This document shows, one piece after another, positions 12,299-25,926 of a stretch of DNA of 64,000 bases. This DNA is from Octopus bimaculoides. Its lineage: Eukaryota. Both the position numbers and the translations under genes were made by a program. Each line of letters opens with the position of its first letter. The first letter of the stretch is position 1. The stretch lies in contig NC_068982.1 in NCBI RefSeq assembly GCF_001194135.2, positions 103,077,640 to 103,141,639 of the forward strand. Reading direction: 5' to 3'. Below the pieces are notes generated by a model. It was given only the letters and a program-made list of their open reading frames with translations, ran no database searches and was not told where the DNA came from.

Positions 12299-13667
12299 CA
12301 CACACACAGCTCAGACATACACAGCTATGTGCAAGGCAACATTTAAAATGTTTCTTTCTTCTTTTATATCATGCATCTTGTGACCTATTGCATCTTTATA
12401 GTTATACAATGAACTAATCACTGGTTCAATGCATTTTCAACACTGAAAGTGACAAGAAAATGTGTGTGTTTCTCCAATAGAATAATTATTGTCAGATATT
12501 TCTTTTGCACACCCCAGTTTATCAATTTTCTTGCTATGTGCATCAGATAAGATATATATATATATATATGTATGTATACACACACACAGAGTTTCCATCT
12601 ACAAAATTTCACTTACAAAGCATTGGTTAACCTGAGGTTATGTTAAACACATTCAAGGTGCCACTCAGTGAAATTAAACCCAGAACCATTTGCTTGTGAA
12701 GTAATCCTTTGCAGACCAATAATGTTGTTTCTAAAGTGATTGGTGATAGGATGAGCATCCAGCTCAAGAAGCAAAGCCAAAAATGAAACATATAAACAAG
12801 ATGTGGTCCTCTGACTAGCCTAGGAGAGCAGTTATTCCAAATAACAACTGACTCACACCCTTATGACCTGTTCAACACCTACCAGCGTGGAAAGCAGACT
12901 TAAAATGATGGTGATGAAGATGACGATGAAGAGCCCATACTCATGAACCTTGGTGAACCTTTGATGCTAGAAGGATGCATGTGATTGGTGATCAGCTTGA
13001 ACATCTGTAAGTCAATGTCTGCAGAAAAAATATGGTTGGCAAGGGAAATCCTGAGGGCTGATGTTCTGATTATCAAGCATTTGACATAATAGTCACTAGG
13101 GAGCTTGAGAGAGAAGAGAGAGACCAGCTAACAAGAGAAGAAGTAGGTGTGTCTGGCTGATTTGAGAGGAGGTGGTAAACAGTTAACTGGCTATGAGGAG
13201 CAGAGGCCATTGTAGTTGTTATCAAAAGAATAGTCACAAGACATTGCTTCTGTCATCGTATATAGGTCAGTTCACTTTGAAATTTCTCTTATGTACATGT
13301 GTGTGTGTGTATATTAAACTTTAGCAATCACTTGCAAGCAAATATGACTTGGTAGCTTGTATTACACTTTTGCTAATTGTTTTAATTGTTTATGTAGTTG
13401 CAAGAAGATATAGACATTCTCTCACACACATGCGCATGTGTGTGTGATGTCAAGTTTCTTAAGTTTTCAAGTAAATTTCAAGGAGTGAGAAAAGTTGTCT
13501 TTAATTGAGAGCATAGACACACTCTCCTGCACTTTTTCAAAGACAGTCTTCATCTGAACATTGGAGAAATTATTCTCCAAACCCTAATTTGATACAGTTT
13601 AAAGAAACTTTACACTATTAATAAAGTTTTCAGGCCAATTCTTCAGGTCTTGATCTTGGTTTACCTC

Positions 13668-13700
<33 letters not shown>

Positions 13701-14057
13701 GAGAAAGAGAGAGTGAGTGAATGCATGTGTGTTTGTTTGCAAGTGTGAGCCCAAGCATGTACTCAGCTATATATTTATTGTGATTGAAAGTTTCATAACC
13801 CAGTTCATTACATCTTTTATGGTACTTTGAAAGGTTTTATGATTTGATCTTCATACAGTGCAGTGTATCTTGAACGAGTCAGCCTGACTGAACCCATTTG
13901 TCTCCAATCTATATTAACATGAGTTCAACTCAGTAATATGTACATCAAAACACTGTCTTTTAGCTTTACTGCACCCAATTATTGTGCCACCCAATAGTAA
14001 CAGTTTACAGAGGAGTGAACTGGTCATTGAGAGTTAAATACATTTACTACTGTCACA

Positions 14058-14322
14058 GAGGTGCAATGGCCCAGTGGTTAGGGCAGCGGACTCGCGGTCA
14101 TAGGATCGCAGTTTCGATTCCCAGACTGGGCGTTGTGAGTGTTTATTGAGCGAAAACACCTAAAGCTCCACGAGGCTCCGGCAGGGGATGGTGGTGAACC
14201 CTGCTGTACTCTTTCACCACAACTTTCTCTCACTCTTACTTCCTGTTTCTGTTGTGCCTGTAATTCAAAGGGCCAGCCTTGTCACACTGTGTCACGCTGA
14301 ATATCCCCGAGAACTACGTTAA
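14058..14322 (+). mobile_element. tRNA-derived SINE family B, truncated at an internal TTAA
   Basis: A-box tggcccagtgg, B-box gtttcgattcc. Colinear with 44585 up to gaactacgttaa, then switches to a piggyBac-type MITE end. Confidence 0.9.
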
Positions 14323-14368
14323 CCCTTTAACATTCAGATTTCTTTGTCAAATTTAATACCTTTTTCAC
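14323..14368 (+). mobile_element. piggyBac-type MITE 5' end fragment
   Basis: TTAA|ccctttaacattcagatttctttgtcaaatttaat is homologous to the left end of 44149-44358. Confidence 0.6.
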
Positions 14369-15155
14369 TGTAATTAGCAGGTATATCTCTCCTGTGTTGT
14401 GTACAGTATTGTTTTGTTGTTAGTGACTAGATTAATGCTACTAGCTTATTATTGTCTGTATTTTTTTATTATAGTTTCATTTATATAATGATGTTTTTTG
14501 TGTGTTGTGTTACAGTGTGGAGGAGTTCTTGTTAGAATGTGTGTGTTGTGTAAGTTATATTGTTAGTGTTGAGAGTGACCTTCAAAAAATATGTACTGTG
14601 CCAAGTTATGCTATTTTCTGGATTGTGTGCAGTGTTGTGAGACATGGTATTGTGCTTAACTGTTTGTTCATATTCTTTTTCGTCATACTTAATTCCCCAA
14701 TCATTTTTTTTTTTTGTATGCTTCTTCAAAGTATTCTCTGTGCAATTTGTCCTGAGTTATTTGTCAGTTTGGACAATTATGTCTCAGAATTCTACTTCTA
14801 GCTTTGCCATATGCTTAATCTTGAGTGGTAGATTTAATCTGTCACCTAATTTAAAGTGACTACCTGGTCCTTTGAGTGCCATTTGTGAAGTCCACAACAT
14901 GTAAGCATTTAGGCTAAGTCATTGGTGTGAGAATCCATTGTTCTTACCTTTCTTCTTACCAGTTTCAGAAGTGTTATAAAGGATCATAAAAACTACTCTT
15001 TCTCCTGATTAAGCAATTATGTGTGTGTTTAGTTATACCTGTCTGAAAAAAAAATAGTACTGTATGCCATTTTAGCGATTAATAATATTTCATTTTTGAT
15101 GAGTCAATATCTTGCTAATGAGTTTCACAGCAAGAGACTAACTTGACCAAAATAA

Positions 15156-15200
<45 letters not shown>

Positions 15201-15202
<2 letters not shown>

Positions 15203-15490
15203 CTTAGGCATGGCTGTGATCTCAGGTTCAGTCCCACTTGAACAAGTGTCTTCTACTATAACCCTGGGCCATCCAAAGCCTGTGAATGGATTTGGTTGGC
15301 AGGAACTGGAAGATGGCTGTCATATGCTTGTGATGTGTGTGTTTTTGTGCATCCTTGTCTTGGCATCGTGTGATGGTTGTAAAATGAGTATTATTGTCAT
15401 ACAAGTGGTGTTGTTCATTCCATGAAGAACATGTCTGGCTATAGGAAATGTTATCCTGCTTGGAGTGGGGTGGGCAACAGGAAGGGCATA
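15201..15490 (+). mobile_element. SINE family A'
   Basis: A-type head (ggcatggctgtg...ggttcagtcccact) followed by the A' body, ending ggcaacaggaagggcat. Confidence 0.7.
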
Positions 15491-15781
15491 CTTCTGAAGG
15501 AAATGAAGACAATATATGTTTGTACCACTTATATCTTTATATATCTCAACCCACTTGGTCATGCCTGTGAATATATTCCAACTTTGCAAAGACTAGAAAT
15601 GTGGAAATAAAACAATCTTTTCTTTCTTAATGTTATCTGTACTGTCTACTGCTAATATTATGATCCATCTTTTTCTTATACTACAGTATACCCATGGAAA
15701 ATCCATGAATATTTCAGTTTTGTAGTGAATTATTTGCAGGAAACTGTAATGAAAGGAATTACCTAGATATTATATATATAT

Positions 15782-17664
15782 ATCCTGAAACGATGGCAAG
15801 ATCACTTCGAAGCCGTGTTGAACTCCACCTCAGTCACTAATGATGACATCATAATGTCTACTCCACAGTATGTTGAAATACCGGAATTGTCTCTGGAGCC
15901 AACCTTCCTGAAAGTAGTAAACTCTGTTGAACAGATCTCTTCTGGTAAAGCACCTGGCAGGGATACTGTCCCTTCTGAAATCTACAAGCATGGCAGACAG
16001 AAGCTTTTTAAGAAATTGCATGACCTCTTCATAAATATTTGGATGGTAGGCTGTGTACCACAGGACTTCAAGGATGCCTCAATTCAACATCTTCGTAAGA
16101 ACAAAGGAAACTGAAGTGTCTGTGATAACCATTGTAGGATATCGCTTCTGTCTTTTGCTGATAAGATTCTTGCTCAACTCCTTCTTGACAGGATCATCAA
16201 ACATGTTGTAAATGATATCTATCCAGAATCACAGTGCAGATTTTGCTCTGGTCGTGGCACTATTGAAATGATCTTTTCCCTTCAACAGGTCATGGAGAAG
16301 GTACATGAGGAAAATCAACAGTTGTTCATGGCATTCATTGACCTTACTAAGGCCTTCAACACTGTTAACTGGCAAGCACTATGGAAAGTTCTGGAAAAGC
16401 TTGGCGTACCTGACAAAATGTTGAATGCTATCATCTCCTTTCATGAGAAAATGAAGGCTGCTGTCGTGTCCGAAGGGGAATCTTCAGCTTCCTTCAACAT
16501 TACAAATGGCACAAAGCAAGGTTGTGTTATGGCCTCTGATTTGTTTGGACTCTTTTCAGTGATGCTGAGTTATGCTTTTGGCAACATACAAATTGGTGTC
16601 ATATTCCAGTATGGAACAAGTGGTGGACTATTCAATCATCAACGTTTCAAAGCCAGAACATTGATATGCACCAGTATCATTCATGATCTACTTTTTGCAG
16701 ATGATGCTGCACTAGTAGCGACCTCCTTAGAGGAAGTTCAGGAACTTCTAGACCAATTTTCTGTTGCATGTAAAGCTTTTGGTTTTAACCAGCAGCATAA
16801 ATAAGATGGAAGTAATCCACCAACCTTGCCCTTCTCCTAAACAAATTTGAGGTGTCAAGCAGAGGCCACCGGTTCACAATTTTCCTGACACTCCTATACA
16901 GGTTGATGGGAGTAACCTAAATTATGTTGAAGTCATTTACATATCTTGGAAGTAAAGTGAATTCAAGTGCCTCGCTTGATGATGAAATCTTCAACCATCT
17001 TGCAAAAGCCACCAATGCATTTGGCAAATTCCATCATCACCTGTGGAATGAAAGGGGCATCAAACTTGACACCAAAGTACAAGTCTATAAAGATCCATTC
17101 TTACTACTCTCTTGTATGCCTCAGAATCGTGGATACCCTATAGACAACACATTAACCAACTAGACATCTTCCACAAAGGCTGCCTGAGGAGAATCTGTGG
17201 TTATTCACTTAAAGACAGAGTTTCTAATGCCAGCCTGTTTAGCAAGTGTAAGATTGACAAAAGAATACCCAAAGTCCTCATGTACAGCCAGCTTGATAGT
17301 GGGCACAGAAATGTTGGTCGACCATGGCTCAGATATAAGTACAAGCTGAAGAGTAACCTCTTAGTAATGAAGATAGCTCACAACACTGTTGAGCAAACAG
17401 CCTTGGAGTGAACAAAATGGAAATTATTGTGTCAAAATTGTATTAGAAACTTTGTTGCAACCAGTATTAACAGGCTTCGGGGTGCAAGGCAAAGGAGAAA
17501 AAGCAGCTGCAGATATACCACCTATAATCCTCGTACTTGCAGGATCTGTAGGCTTTTTTGCAAATCGTTGGCAGGACTTAAATGTCACATTTGACATAAG
17601 CATTATTACTGACAAAGAAAGAGTAGGGTGTCAGATCTTCATACATTGAAACTGATGGAAGATT

Positions 17665-17672
<8 letters not shown>
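15782..17672 (+). mobile_element. 5'-truncated RTE-clade (BovB-like) LINE, RT pseudogene
   Basis: Broken ORF: LKRWQDHF...GKAPGRD...MIFSLQQVMEK...FIDLTKAFNTV...GTKQGCVMA...LLFADDAAL...FTYLGS...GRPWLRYK. Has stops, frameshifts and an internal deletion. Both ends abut (TA)n. Confidence 0.95.
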
Positions 17673-17721
<49 letters not shown>

Positions 17722-18253
17722 CTCTTTATAAAGCAATGAAATATGCATGCCAATACATATAAAACTACAGGCATAACCAACATTACAGATGTATTACATT
17801 CATTAAAATCTTATAGTAACAGGGAATTCCATTATGTGAGGCCTATTTTTCCATTCATGCTTGTGTCACATGAATATTGTGACATAGACATCAGTAAGAA
17901 ATAGGTTTTGCATTGTGAAATTCCACATTACTGCTAGATTTTTCAAGACTACAATGCTTCCACAACATGAGATATGTCTGCTTTTATATACTGTTTATGC
18001 ATGGACAAATAAATTTATGTGCATTTGAACGCAGTATTCAGTTAAGTAAATGACCTGTTAATGTTTCCACGAAATACAGAGATAGTGAAAGTATCATACT
18101 CAACTATTGAAACATCAAGAGAGTGAAGGCACCATAGCAGATAAACAGAAAAATACTCTTTTACTTATACATATATATATATGGTCAGTTGAAACATGTA
18201 CATTTCTACTTTATATTCAGCTAATTAAACAGTTTGTTACTTCCCAGGAAATA

Positions 18254-19350
18254 CCATATTTTCTGGCATACAAGTCGATGTAGTATATATAATATAAACA
18301 TGTAGAGTAAGCATTTTGGTTAACATGCAGTTTACCATTGTAACATAGTGTAAGTATATTGTTCTTAGGAAATAATTTCTTTTTTATAGAAATTGGAAGT
18401 GACAACAGAGACATCCCATAATTTCATTTAAACACTATGTGATTCAGTACCAATGTATCCAATATATAAATGTATATATATTTAATATAACATGAAAACC
18501 ATACATGTATGTTTTATATAAGATGGAAACAATCACATTTACAGGAAAACATAACAGTCATTGATGCATGGAATGAGATTTGTAAATAGCTTTTCGTGAT
18601 TTCTAAATTTATTTCACCACACCTGCTAATGAAGATATGATGTAAATAAATCATTACAATTCCCACACCGTTGCCTAATTTACTTCTTGGCAAGCATCCA
18701 TTACCTTCCTATAGTCTGTGTATGGATGCTGTCATCATCTGGATCAACAAAACTGAGTGAACAGTTGACAACTTATGAGTATAAAAATTGCCAAGACCTG
18801 CATGGAAAGCCCACCCATCAGATACCTAACGTGTTTCATGAAATTTTAGTATATCACTCATCATTCCCAGTTTATGTTGCAATATACTATCATTTTTTAA
18901 GAAACAATTTGATTTCACTATTTTATGACAGTAAATTGCATGTGAGCCAGCATTTCAAACATCATCAACATCATCATCATCATTGTTTAACATCTGCTTT
19001 CCATGCTAGCATGGGTTGGATGATTTGACTGAGGACTGGTGAAACCAGATGGCTACACCAGGCTCCAATCTGATTTGGCAGAGTTTCTACAGCTGGATGC
19101 CCTTCCTAACGCCAACCACTCAGAGAGTGTAGAAGGCCACGCTCGAAATGGTGTATTTTATGTGCCACCTGCACAGGAGCCAGTCCAGCGGCACTGGCAA
19201 CGAACTTGCTCATTATCTTTTTAAATCCTGCTACATTTCATATGCAATTTCTGGTTCTTCCAATATCATTGTGGTGTATAAGCTGATCTACATATTTTTG
19301 GTTATAAATCTTTGCCTAAAAAATTCGACTTGGTATGCTGGAAAATATGA
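18254..19350. mobile_element. Tc2/pogo-type non-autonomous DNA element, interrupted by an RTE 3' fragment
   Basis: TA|ccatattttctggcatacaagtc ... gacttggtatgctggaaaatatga|TA imperfect TIRs. Both ends are shared with 48804-48989. Confidence 0.7.
18968..19208 (-). mobile_element. RTE-type LINE 3'UTR fragment nested in the Tc2-like element
   Basis: catcatcatcattgtttaacatctgctttccatgc... module. Confidence 0.8.
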
Positions 19351-20689
19351 TAGAGGGATTTAACTCAACAACCAGTCATCTTGCTAGGCTACTTGGTTAC
19401 TTACTATACAAAAGCTTTAGTAAATTTTAAAGTTCCTCTTTCATTTTATCTTTAGTTTCACTTTTGAAACTTGTTATCTTGTGTTAACCTGCATTTTCTA
19501 CTGAACATACACAGCTTACATTTCGTATTTCATATAGCCATACATACATTCATATATGTGTATATATGCATAAATGTTTATTTCCTAATTGTATCCAAAC
19601 ATGCATACACTTACACATCTGTATGTATATAAAAGTTTTTGTTATATTCTTTTATATTGGGCTTTCTGATCACTTTGCAATAATTCTTCATGTTGTATAT
19701 ATAATATACATGAGTATACTATATGTATCTGTAAAAGCTTTCAGATAATGATATCTGTTTGCAATTTCTAGCTTTCTTGTTTTTACATTTTCAATATATT
19801 ATGTTGAAACTTTTGTTTATGACAGTAGTTTATATTAATTTGACTAAACTGCTTTGTGATATTTACTTACACATCTCTGCACACTGAATTCAAATCCCAT
19901 TGAGGTTTAGGTTGCTTTCATTACTCCAGTGATGTTAATATAATTAGTGATAATGAACTCAGGTTGCTTCAGTTGACTATAACCCTTCCCTACAAATGTA
20001 TGGGCCATATGCCAAAGTTAGAAACTGTTTTTTGTTATTTTTGCTGTCATTATTTTTATTAAGCTGCTTGTTCTAAGGATGAACATTTTGAAATACAACC
20101 TCTGTCATTTTCAAATATTCACTCTCAACTAATCATGTCAACAAGCTATTACGTAATTTTCTCCACATCCCCCTCCTATTATCAGGGCCTAACAATCCAT
20201 GTGTTATTGAAATGTTATTTAGTATTATAAGTCATCATAATCTGTTGACTTCAGCTTACATCTGTACCAAGCATGATGATGAACACAATCCATATCCTGT
20301 TCCATATCAGTGTCCTAAGTTCATCAGTAGTCACAACACAACTGTCCTTTAATAATGTCATTTGTGGTTCATTCTCTAATGGTTCCCATTAGTGATAGGA
20401 TTTGATTACTACATGGTTCAAGTCTTAAAATAATGTTTTTTAATATCATTTCCATTCAGAGACTTGTGTGGCAAGAAGCTATTTAGTATCTGCCAGATTG
20501 TGCTGGCAAGCTAGAGCCATCTTCATATTATTTTGTTGGTCAACTGAATGAGCTTGCCGTAATTCACTTGTAATTAAATCTATACAGAAAATGTACAAAG
20601 AAAACGTCACATCTGATTTCTTCATTAAATAAACTGAATTGATACACTTACTTGAGACCCTTGTTTTCCCTACGTAGTGGCTAGTGCAA

Positions 20690-20885
20690 ATGTTACACAT
20701 AAAAAGCACCCTATACACTCTTTAAAGTGGTTGGTGTTAGGAAAGGCATCCAGCTGTAGAAACCATGCCAAAGCAGACATTGGAACATGACACAGTCTTT
20801 AAAACCATTGGATCCTCTCAAACCATCCAACCAATGCTGGTATGGAAGACAGGCATTAAAAAATGATGATGATGATGATGATGAC
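20690..20885 (+). mobile_element. RTE-type LINE 3'UTR fragment
   Basis: aggcatccagctgtagaaaccatgccaaa ... ends (GAT)n. Confidence 0.7.
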
Positions 20886-21149
20886 GACAACTCATAAAAA
20901 AATAGCTCAATATATATGATTTATTTTAGAGCCATAATGATTTATAGAGAGAAGGAGAAGTGAAGTTGTAGTATTAGTGATAGAAATGAAATAAATGGTT
21001 GCAATTGGAAACCAAATTGAATCACAAATTTAATTTTCTACTCTATATTGCTCGTCATTTTAAATCATGCCATGATATTATAGCATGTAATTTTGTTATT
21101 TCACATCATTATGCATTCATACATATCAACTGAGACAGTGAAGGAGCAT

Positions 21150-21290
21150 CTACAATGTTGCTCAATCTACTAGATGTAGCAGTAAAATCTTCCTCAAATC
21201 ATACCTTATTGTCATATAAAAGGCAGGCTGGTCATGACTGGAATGCCTTTAATCACAAGTCTTCTCAATCAGTGCTGACTCGCAACAAAC
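21150..21290 (+). repeat. Decayed interspersed repeat (family F; related copies near 8330-8420, 53385-53545 and, inverted, 1690-1760)
   Basis: Shared motif ggtcatgactggaatgccttt...cac, and gaaggacacattg in two other copies. Confidence 0.45.
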
Positions 21291-21809
21291 AACTTCAACC
21301 TATCATTCATAATTATATATATATATTTTTTTTTTTTTACTGATAGAAAAGTTATTCAGGAAGAATTATTCAAATTTTGTCTCACCATTAGATGGTTATT
21401 CCTTTTTAATTTTTAGTTTTATTTATTTATTTTATTTATTTGTTTATTGAAAAAGGAATTGCTTTAGGAATAACAATAATGTGAGAAATAATTTGAAAGT
21501 AATAGTATTTCTGGTAGCTAGAAAATGAAATTAGCATGAAATTTTTATTTTATAAGAAATATATTTGACAAATTTTTTTTTAGTAGTTTTATTGATTCAC
21601 TTCTAAATTTCTTTGTCATTCTTTAGGAGTTATTAATTATTATTCCTTTTTTTATTTTATTTGATCAATTTGTGTAGTAATATCGCATCATATTACCTCC
21701 TTGTTATGAATGATGGTCTCTTTTCGCTGATGAAATTTGTTGTATATTCTGTATGTAAATGATACGAAGTATATTCTGTATATATATTCTGTGTATAAGT
21801 TGATTAAGC

Positions 21810-21935
21810 AGTGGCTTGGTAGAGTTGTTAAAGAGTTGGATAGAATACTTTGTGGTATTTGTTTCAGCTTGCTGTACTCTGAGTTCAAATCCCACCAAAG
21901 TGAAGTTTGCCTTTCATTATTTTGGAGTCAAATGT
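21810..21935 (+). mobile_element. SINE family D, decayed
   Basis: ctctgagttcaaatcccaccaaagtgaagtttgcctttcat. Confidence 0.55.
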
Positions 21936-21991
21936 AGATTGGAGGGGTTGGTAAAACATTTGAATGAGATGCCTTGTGGTATTGTGATCAA

Positions 21992-22189
21992 CCCTTTTGT
22001 TATATTTCTGTTGAGATACTCAGTATTTCTTTCAATTAATTTTAAATATAACAAAGAATTTAATAAAATAACTTAGTTATCATTAAGCTAATGTTAAGAA
22101 CATAAATTGTGGAAGATTTTAATGCAGAACTTTTGAAAACAAGATGTTTGTACTACAGAGCCAGAAGCGGTTTCAGGGTATCAAAAGGG
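21992..22189. mobile_element. piggyBac-type MITE (198 bp)
   Basis: TCAA|cccttttgtta ... tatcaaaaggg|TTAA. CCC/GGG termini with a TTAA-type target. Confidence 0.7.
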
Positions 22190-23223
22190 TTAAATACTGT
22201 GTCCTATAACCAGCATTGTCACAGTGGGAAATAAAGCCTTCAGGACCCAGTGGGATAATAGTGATAAGGATGTTTCAATTAGACCAGAATCTTGGTTTTA
22301 ACAATTTGCATAAATGCAGATTCTACTCTAAAGTGAAATAAACACTAAGACAGGAATATTCTGTACGGAAATTGTATAAGATTATTATAAGAACTGTGTC
22401 CCTGTCTTTAGAAGAAGTACATTGTATTTTTGCATGTCATGGAAGGTGACTAAAAGGGTTAGCATCTTGCCATATAACACTGCTTCTGAAGTTCTCATTC
22501 ATTTCATGTTAACTTGAAAAGGTAAGCCTAAACATAATGAAGAAACACCAATTTGAGAGAGAAAAAGAATGAAAGGACTCACTAGATACATGGTTCAAGT
22601 TTTGTCAGTAGGTCTATTCCTTTTCTCTTTTAAATTGATACTTATAATGTTGAATATCTCAAATGTTAACCATTTGTAATATTCCATATGGTTCATATAT
22701 TTCAACAGAAAGGATACAATATCCATTATTTATAAATATTCACTTCAGACAAAAATGCAGTATCTCTCTGTCCGTCAATCAGCCAGTCTAAGTATACAAC
22801 TATCTCTGGCAGACATATGAGTAAAGTAAAAGCTACTAATTTCACTGAAGTGTAATGATACACTTGCTTGATCCTTCTAGTGAACATTATTCAGAATCAT
22901 TTTAGAATTTAATTTCTAATGGATGTCTAAACTTGATATGGGAGGTTTCTGTGATTGAGATGTTCCTGACTGCAAATACTAACACTGGTTATTTATTCCT
23001 GTATTACTACATTAACAATAACAACAACAACCATAAATATTATTAAGCATTAATGCCAAATGGTTGGAAAGATCAAGATCAAAATCAATTTTTATCTTTG
23101 TAACAACTTGTTTGATATTTGCTTAAGATTTTTTGTAAATCTATGAAGGAAAACTTAAATGCAACTCCATTTTGCACTTCACATTGAGAAAATCATTCAT
23201 TTCAATACAACTAATTGCTCCAG

Positions 23224-23334
23224 ATGTATTTCTTTTTAAACCATAAATTACTTCTGCCCTCCACTTCCAACTATCATCTGAATAACAATGAGGGTTTTAC
23301 CATGAAGATGAAATCTAGCAAAATATACCAAAGG
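23224..23334 (+). CDS. Weak candidate exon (111 nt, phase 0-0)
   Basis: ctaattgctccag acceptor and AGG|gtacgt donor. Open frame MYFFLNHKLLLPSTSNYHLNNNEGFTMKMKSSKIYQR. Confidence 0.2.
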
Positions 23335-23639
23335 GTACGTAAAATAGATAGCAATGATATTATTATGTCTGTAAACTAATAGTAAGAAGTCTGCTAGTTG
23401 CTGTATTAATCGTTAACAAAATGTGTAATTATTCTATTCCATGAAAACTTGTATTCAGTTAAGAATATAAATTTCACTGCAAGAGAAGAGCATTATTTCA
23501 TTGAGGTCATAACTATGTTTCTATCTGTAAAATTGTTATGATATTTAATGGTCTTAATTTCCCATTTCTATCAGTTTATGAAAAGTTTATTATAGTCCAC
23601 CAGGCTTAGTTGAGTCATGGAGTTTAACTGAGAGTATAA

Positions 23640-24320
23640 GAGTAACGTAGCAGAGTATATATAAGTTTTAGATTAGCTGTCCCTTTGAAATCCTGAATAC
23701 TTATGACCTAGTTCTTACAGCTGAATCTGTAGAAGGTTTCAAGATGAAACTCCAGATTTAGAAGCAAAACCTAGATTCATGCAGAGTAAAAACCAAAGTT
23801 TTAGTAAATTCAAGACAGCAACTTCTGCTATCAGGGAAATAGCTGTACTCAATATGCTAAAAAGAAGAGCTGGTAGAAATACTATATGTGTGCCATATTT
23901 ACACTATGAACATGCAAGAGTTATAGTGAGATCACCAGTAGGATGGTAGAGAAGGTAGATTTCATATATGACAGATGCACAAGTGCAGTCAGCAGTAAAA
24001 GTACACATGAAATAGATTCTTTCAAATATCCACAAAGCTCTCTAGACGTAGTTTATAGCTTTTTTTTACCTAGGCAACCTAATTAGTGGAAATGAGTTCT
24101 AAAAGCATAGTAAACAATAAGAATGGGTGGGAAAAGCTATTACTTCAGCAGTGGTAACAAGATGAGTTTCCATCTGATTGAAAGACAGATTTCATGATGC
24201 TGTATAGTAGAGAGGCATGGGCTCTGAAGAGAAGGATTTGCAAAGGCTTAAACGAAATAAAGTGAGGATGCTGCAATGGGACACAAATGAGCAGAGGGAA
24301 AGCTGCATATAAGATAATCA
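23640..24320 (+). mobile_element. Highly decayed RTE-type LINE RT fragment
   Basis: PFEILNTYDLVLTAESVEGFKMKLQI*KQNL...KTKVLV (compare WELLYADDLVL) and KDLQRLKRNKVRMLQW. Same type as 63459-64000. Confidence 0.7.
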
Positions 24321-24322
24321 GA

Positions 24323-24323
<1 letters not shown>

Positions 24324-24376
<53 letters not shown>

Positions 24377-24467
24377 NNNNNNNNNNNNNNNNNNNNNNNN
24401 NNNNNNNNNNNNNNNNNNNNNNNNNNNNNNNNNNNNNNNNNNNNNNNNNNNNNNNNNNNNNNNNNNN

Positions 24468-24499
<32 letters not shown>
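24324..24499. repeat. (CT)n microsatellite spanning an N gap (24377-24467)
   Basis: Perfect CT units on both sides of the gap. Confidence 0.9.
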
Positions 24500-24503
<4 letters not shown>

Positions 24504-25715
24504 TGAACCTTTCTAGCACTCATTGTTGGCATACATCACTTTTCCTTCCTATCACCCTGCCTCCCACCAATCACTCCTCTTCTCTCATCACACTACTCAT
24601 ACTGTTTTTCTAGTTAAGCTCCTTACCAAGAACTAACATGTAACTGCCTATCAATGTCTCTCTTGCTTTACTTGCTCCTCTACTGCCCTCTCACTCCTTT
24701 CACTCTGGTACTCTCTCTTTCATCACTATCTCTCCTCTTTACCCTTGGTATCCACCTTCAACTAAACAGTGACAATATTGAGTAAAGCAAATTTTTTACT
24801 CTTGCTGGTACCACAATAAAATGCACTCAATACACTGTGAAATGGTTGGCTTTAAAAAGAATGTCTAGCTGTAGAAACCACACCAAAATAAATGTACAAG
24901 TAAGGAATTGGATCCAACCCATCTAGGAAGGTAGTTACTCTAAATGAGAGCTAAAATGGATTCTGGTGACCCTGGACTGGTTCCCACCATGAAAAGTAGA
25001 TGTAAAATAGTGATAGTAGCAGCAGCAGCAGCGGCGGTGGTGGTGGCAGTGGCAGTGGTGGTGGTGAAGAAATAGTTTAGTGGCTAAATTGCTGGATTTA
25101 CCCTTTCAACCACAACAATTCAAAACATTTTTTTTTTGTAAAAGTCATCACAATCTGCAAAAATTGAATAAGTGCCAATCCCCTGAGCAAAGCTATTGAT
25201 TTATATCCCATTACCAGTATTGTAATGTGTCCCTGTAAATATATACCATGTAATCAGTTGGAGGAAGGTATTGTAATATTAATAAGTATTTGTTAGTTTG
25301 CATAATCTCTGCAGTCATTATCTCCTATTTGAATATACCTAATACCAATTATCTAAAATTCAAAAACAAAAAAAAGCACATTTTTCTCTATTTCATAGAT
25401 GAAATACTTGAAGTTGTTTAATTCCTAGAATTTATAGGCATATTAACTGATTTTTATTTTATCCCATATTATAAATTTAGTGTTTTCTTTTAATGAACTT
25501 TATTCATTTTCCATGCTTGGATATGTGGAATGGTTATATGTTATGTAACTGGATGCCTTATCTGTTAAAAATCTCTAAATTGTTTAGTCACTCAGGAGCG
25601 TTTAATATGTCCACTCAACCAAAACTGGAATAATCAATGTTGTACGTACTTCATCTCACAGTATCTTCACCACACTCATTGTGTCTCTTTGAGCAAGGAT
25701 TTAGAAAACATAAAC

Positions 25716-25881
25716 AGGCGCAGGAGTGGCTGTGTGGTAAGTAGCTTGCTTACCAACCACATGGTCTCGGGTTCAGTCCCACTGCGTGGCACCTTGGGCA
25801 AGTGTCTTCTACTATAGCCTCGGGCCGACCAAAGCCTTGTGAGTGGATTTGGTAGACGGAAACTGAAAGAAGCCCGTTGTA

Positions 25882-25926
<45 letters not shown>

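Noticed and set aside
14058-14135. tRNA-like sequence with A and B boxes (also at 44585, 53931 and the heads of families A, C and D)
   Set aside because: Each continues into a shared SINE body and lacks a clean cloverleaf terminus, so these are SINE heads and not tRNA genes.
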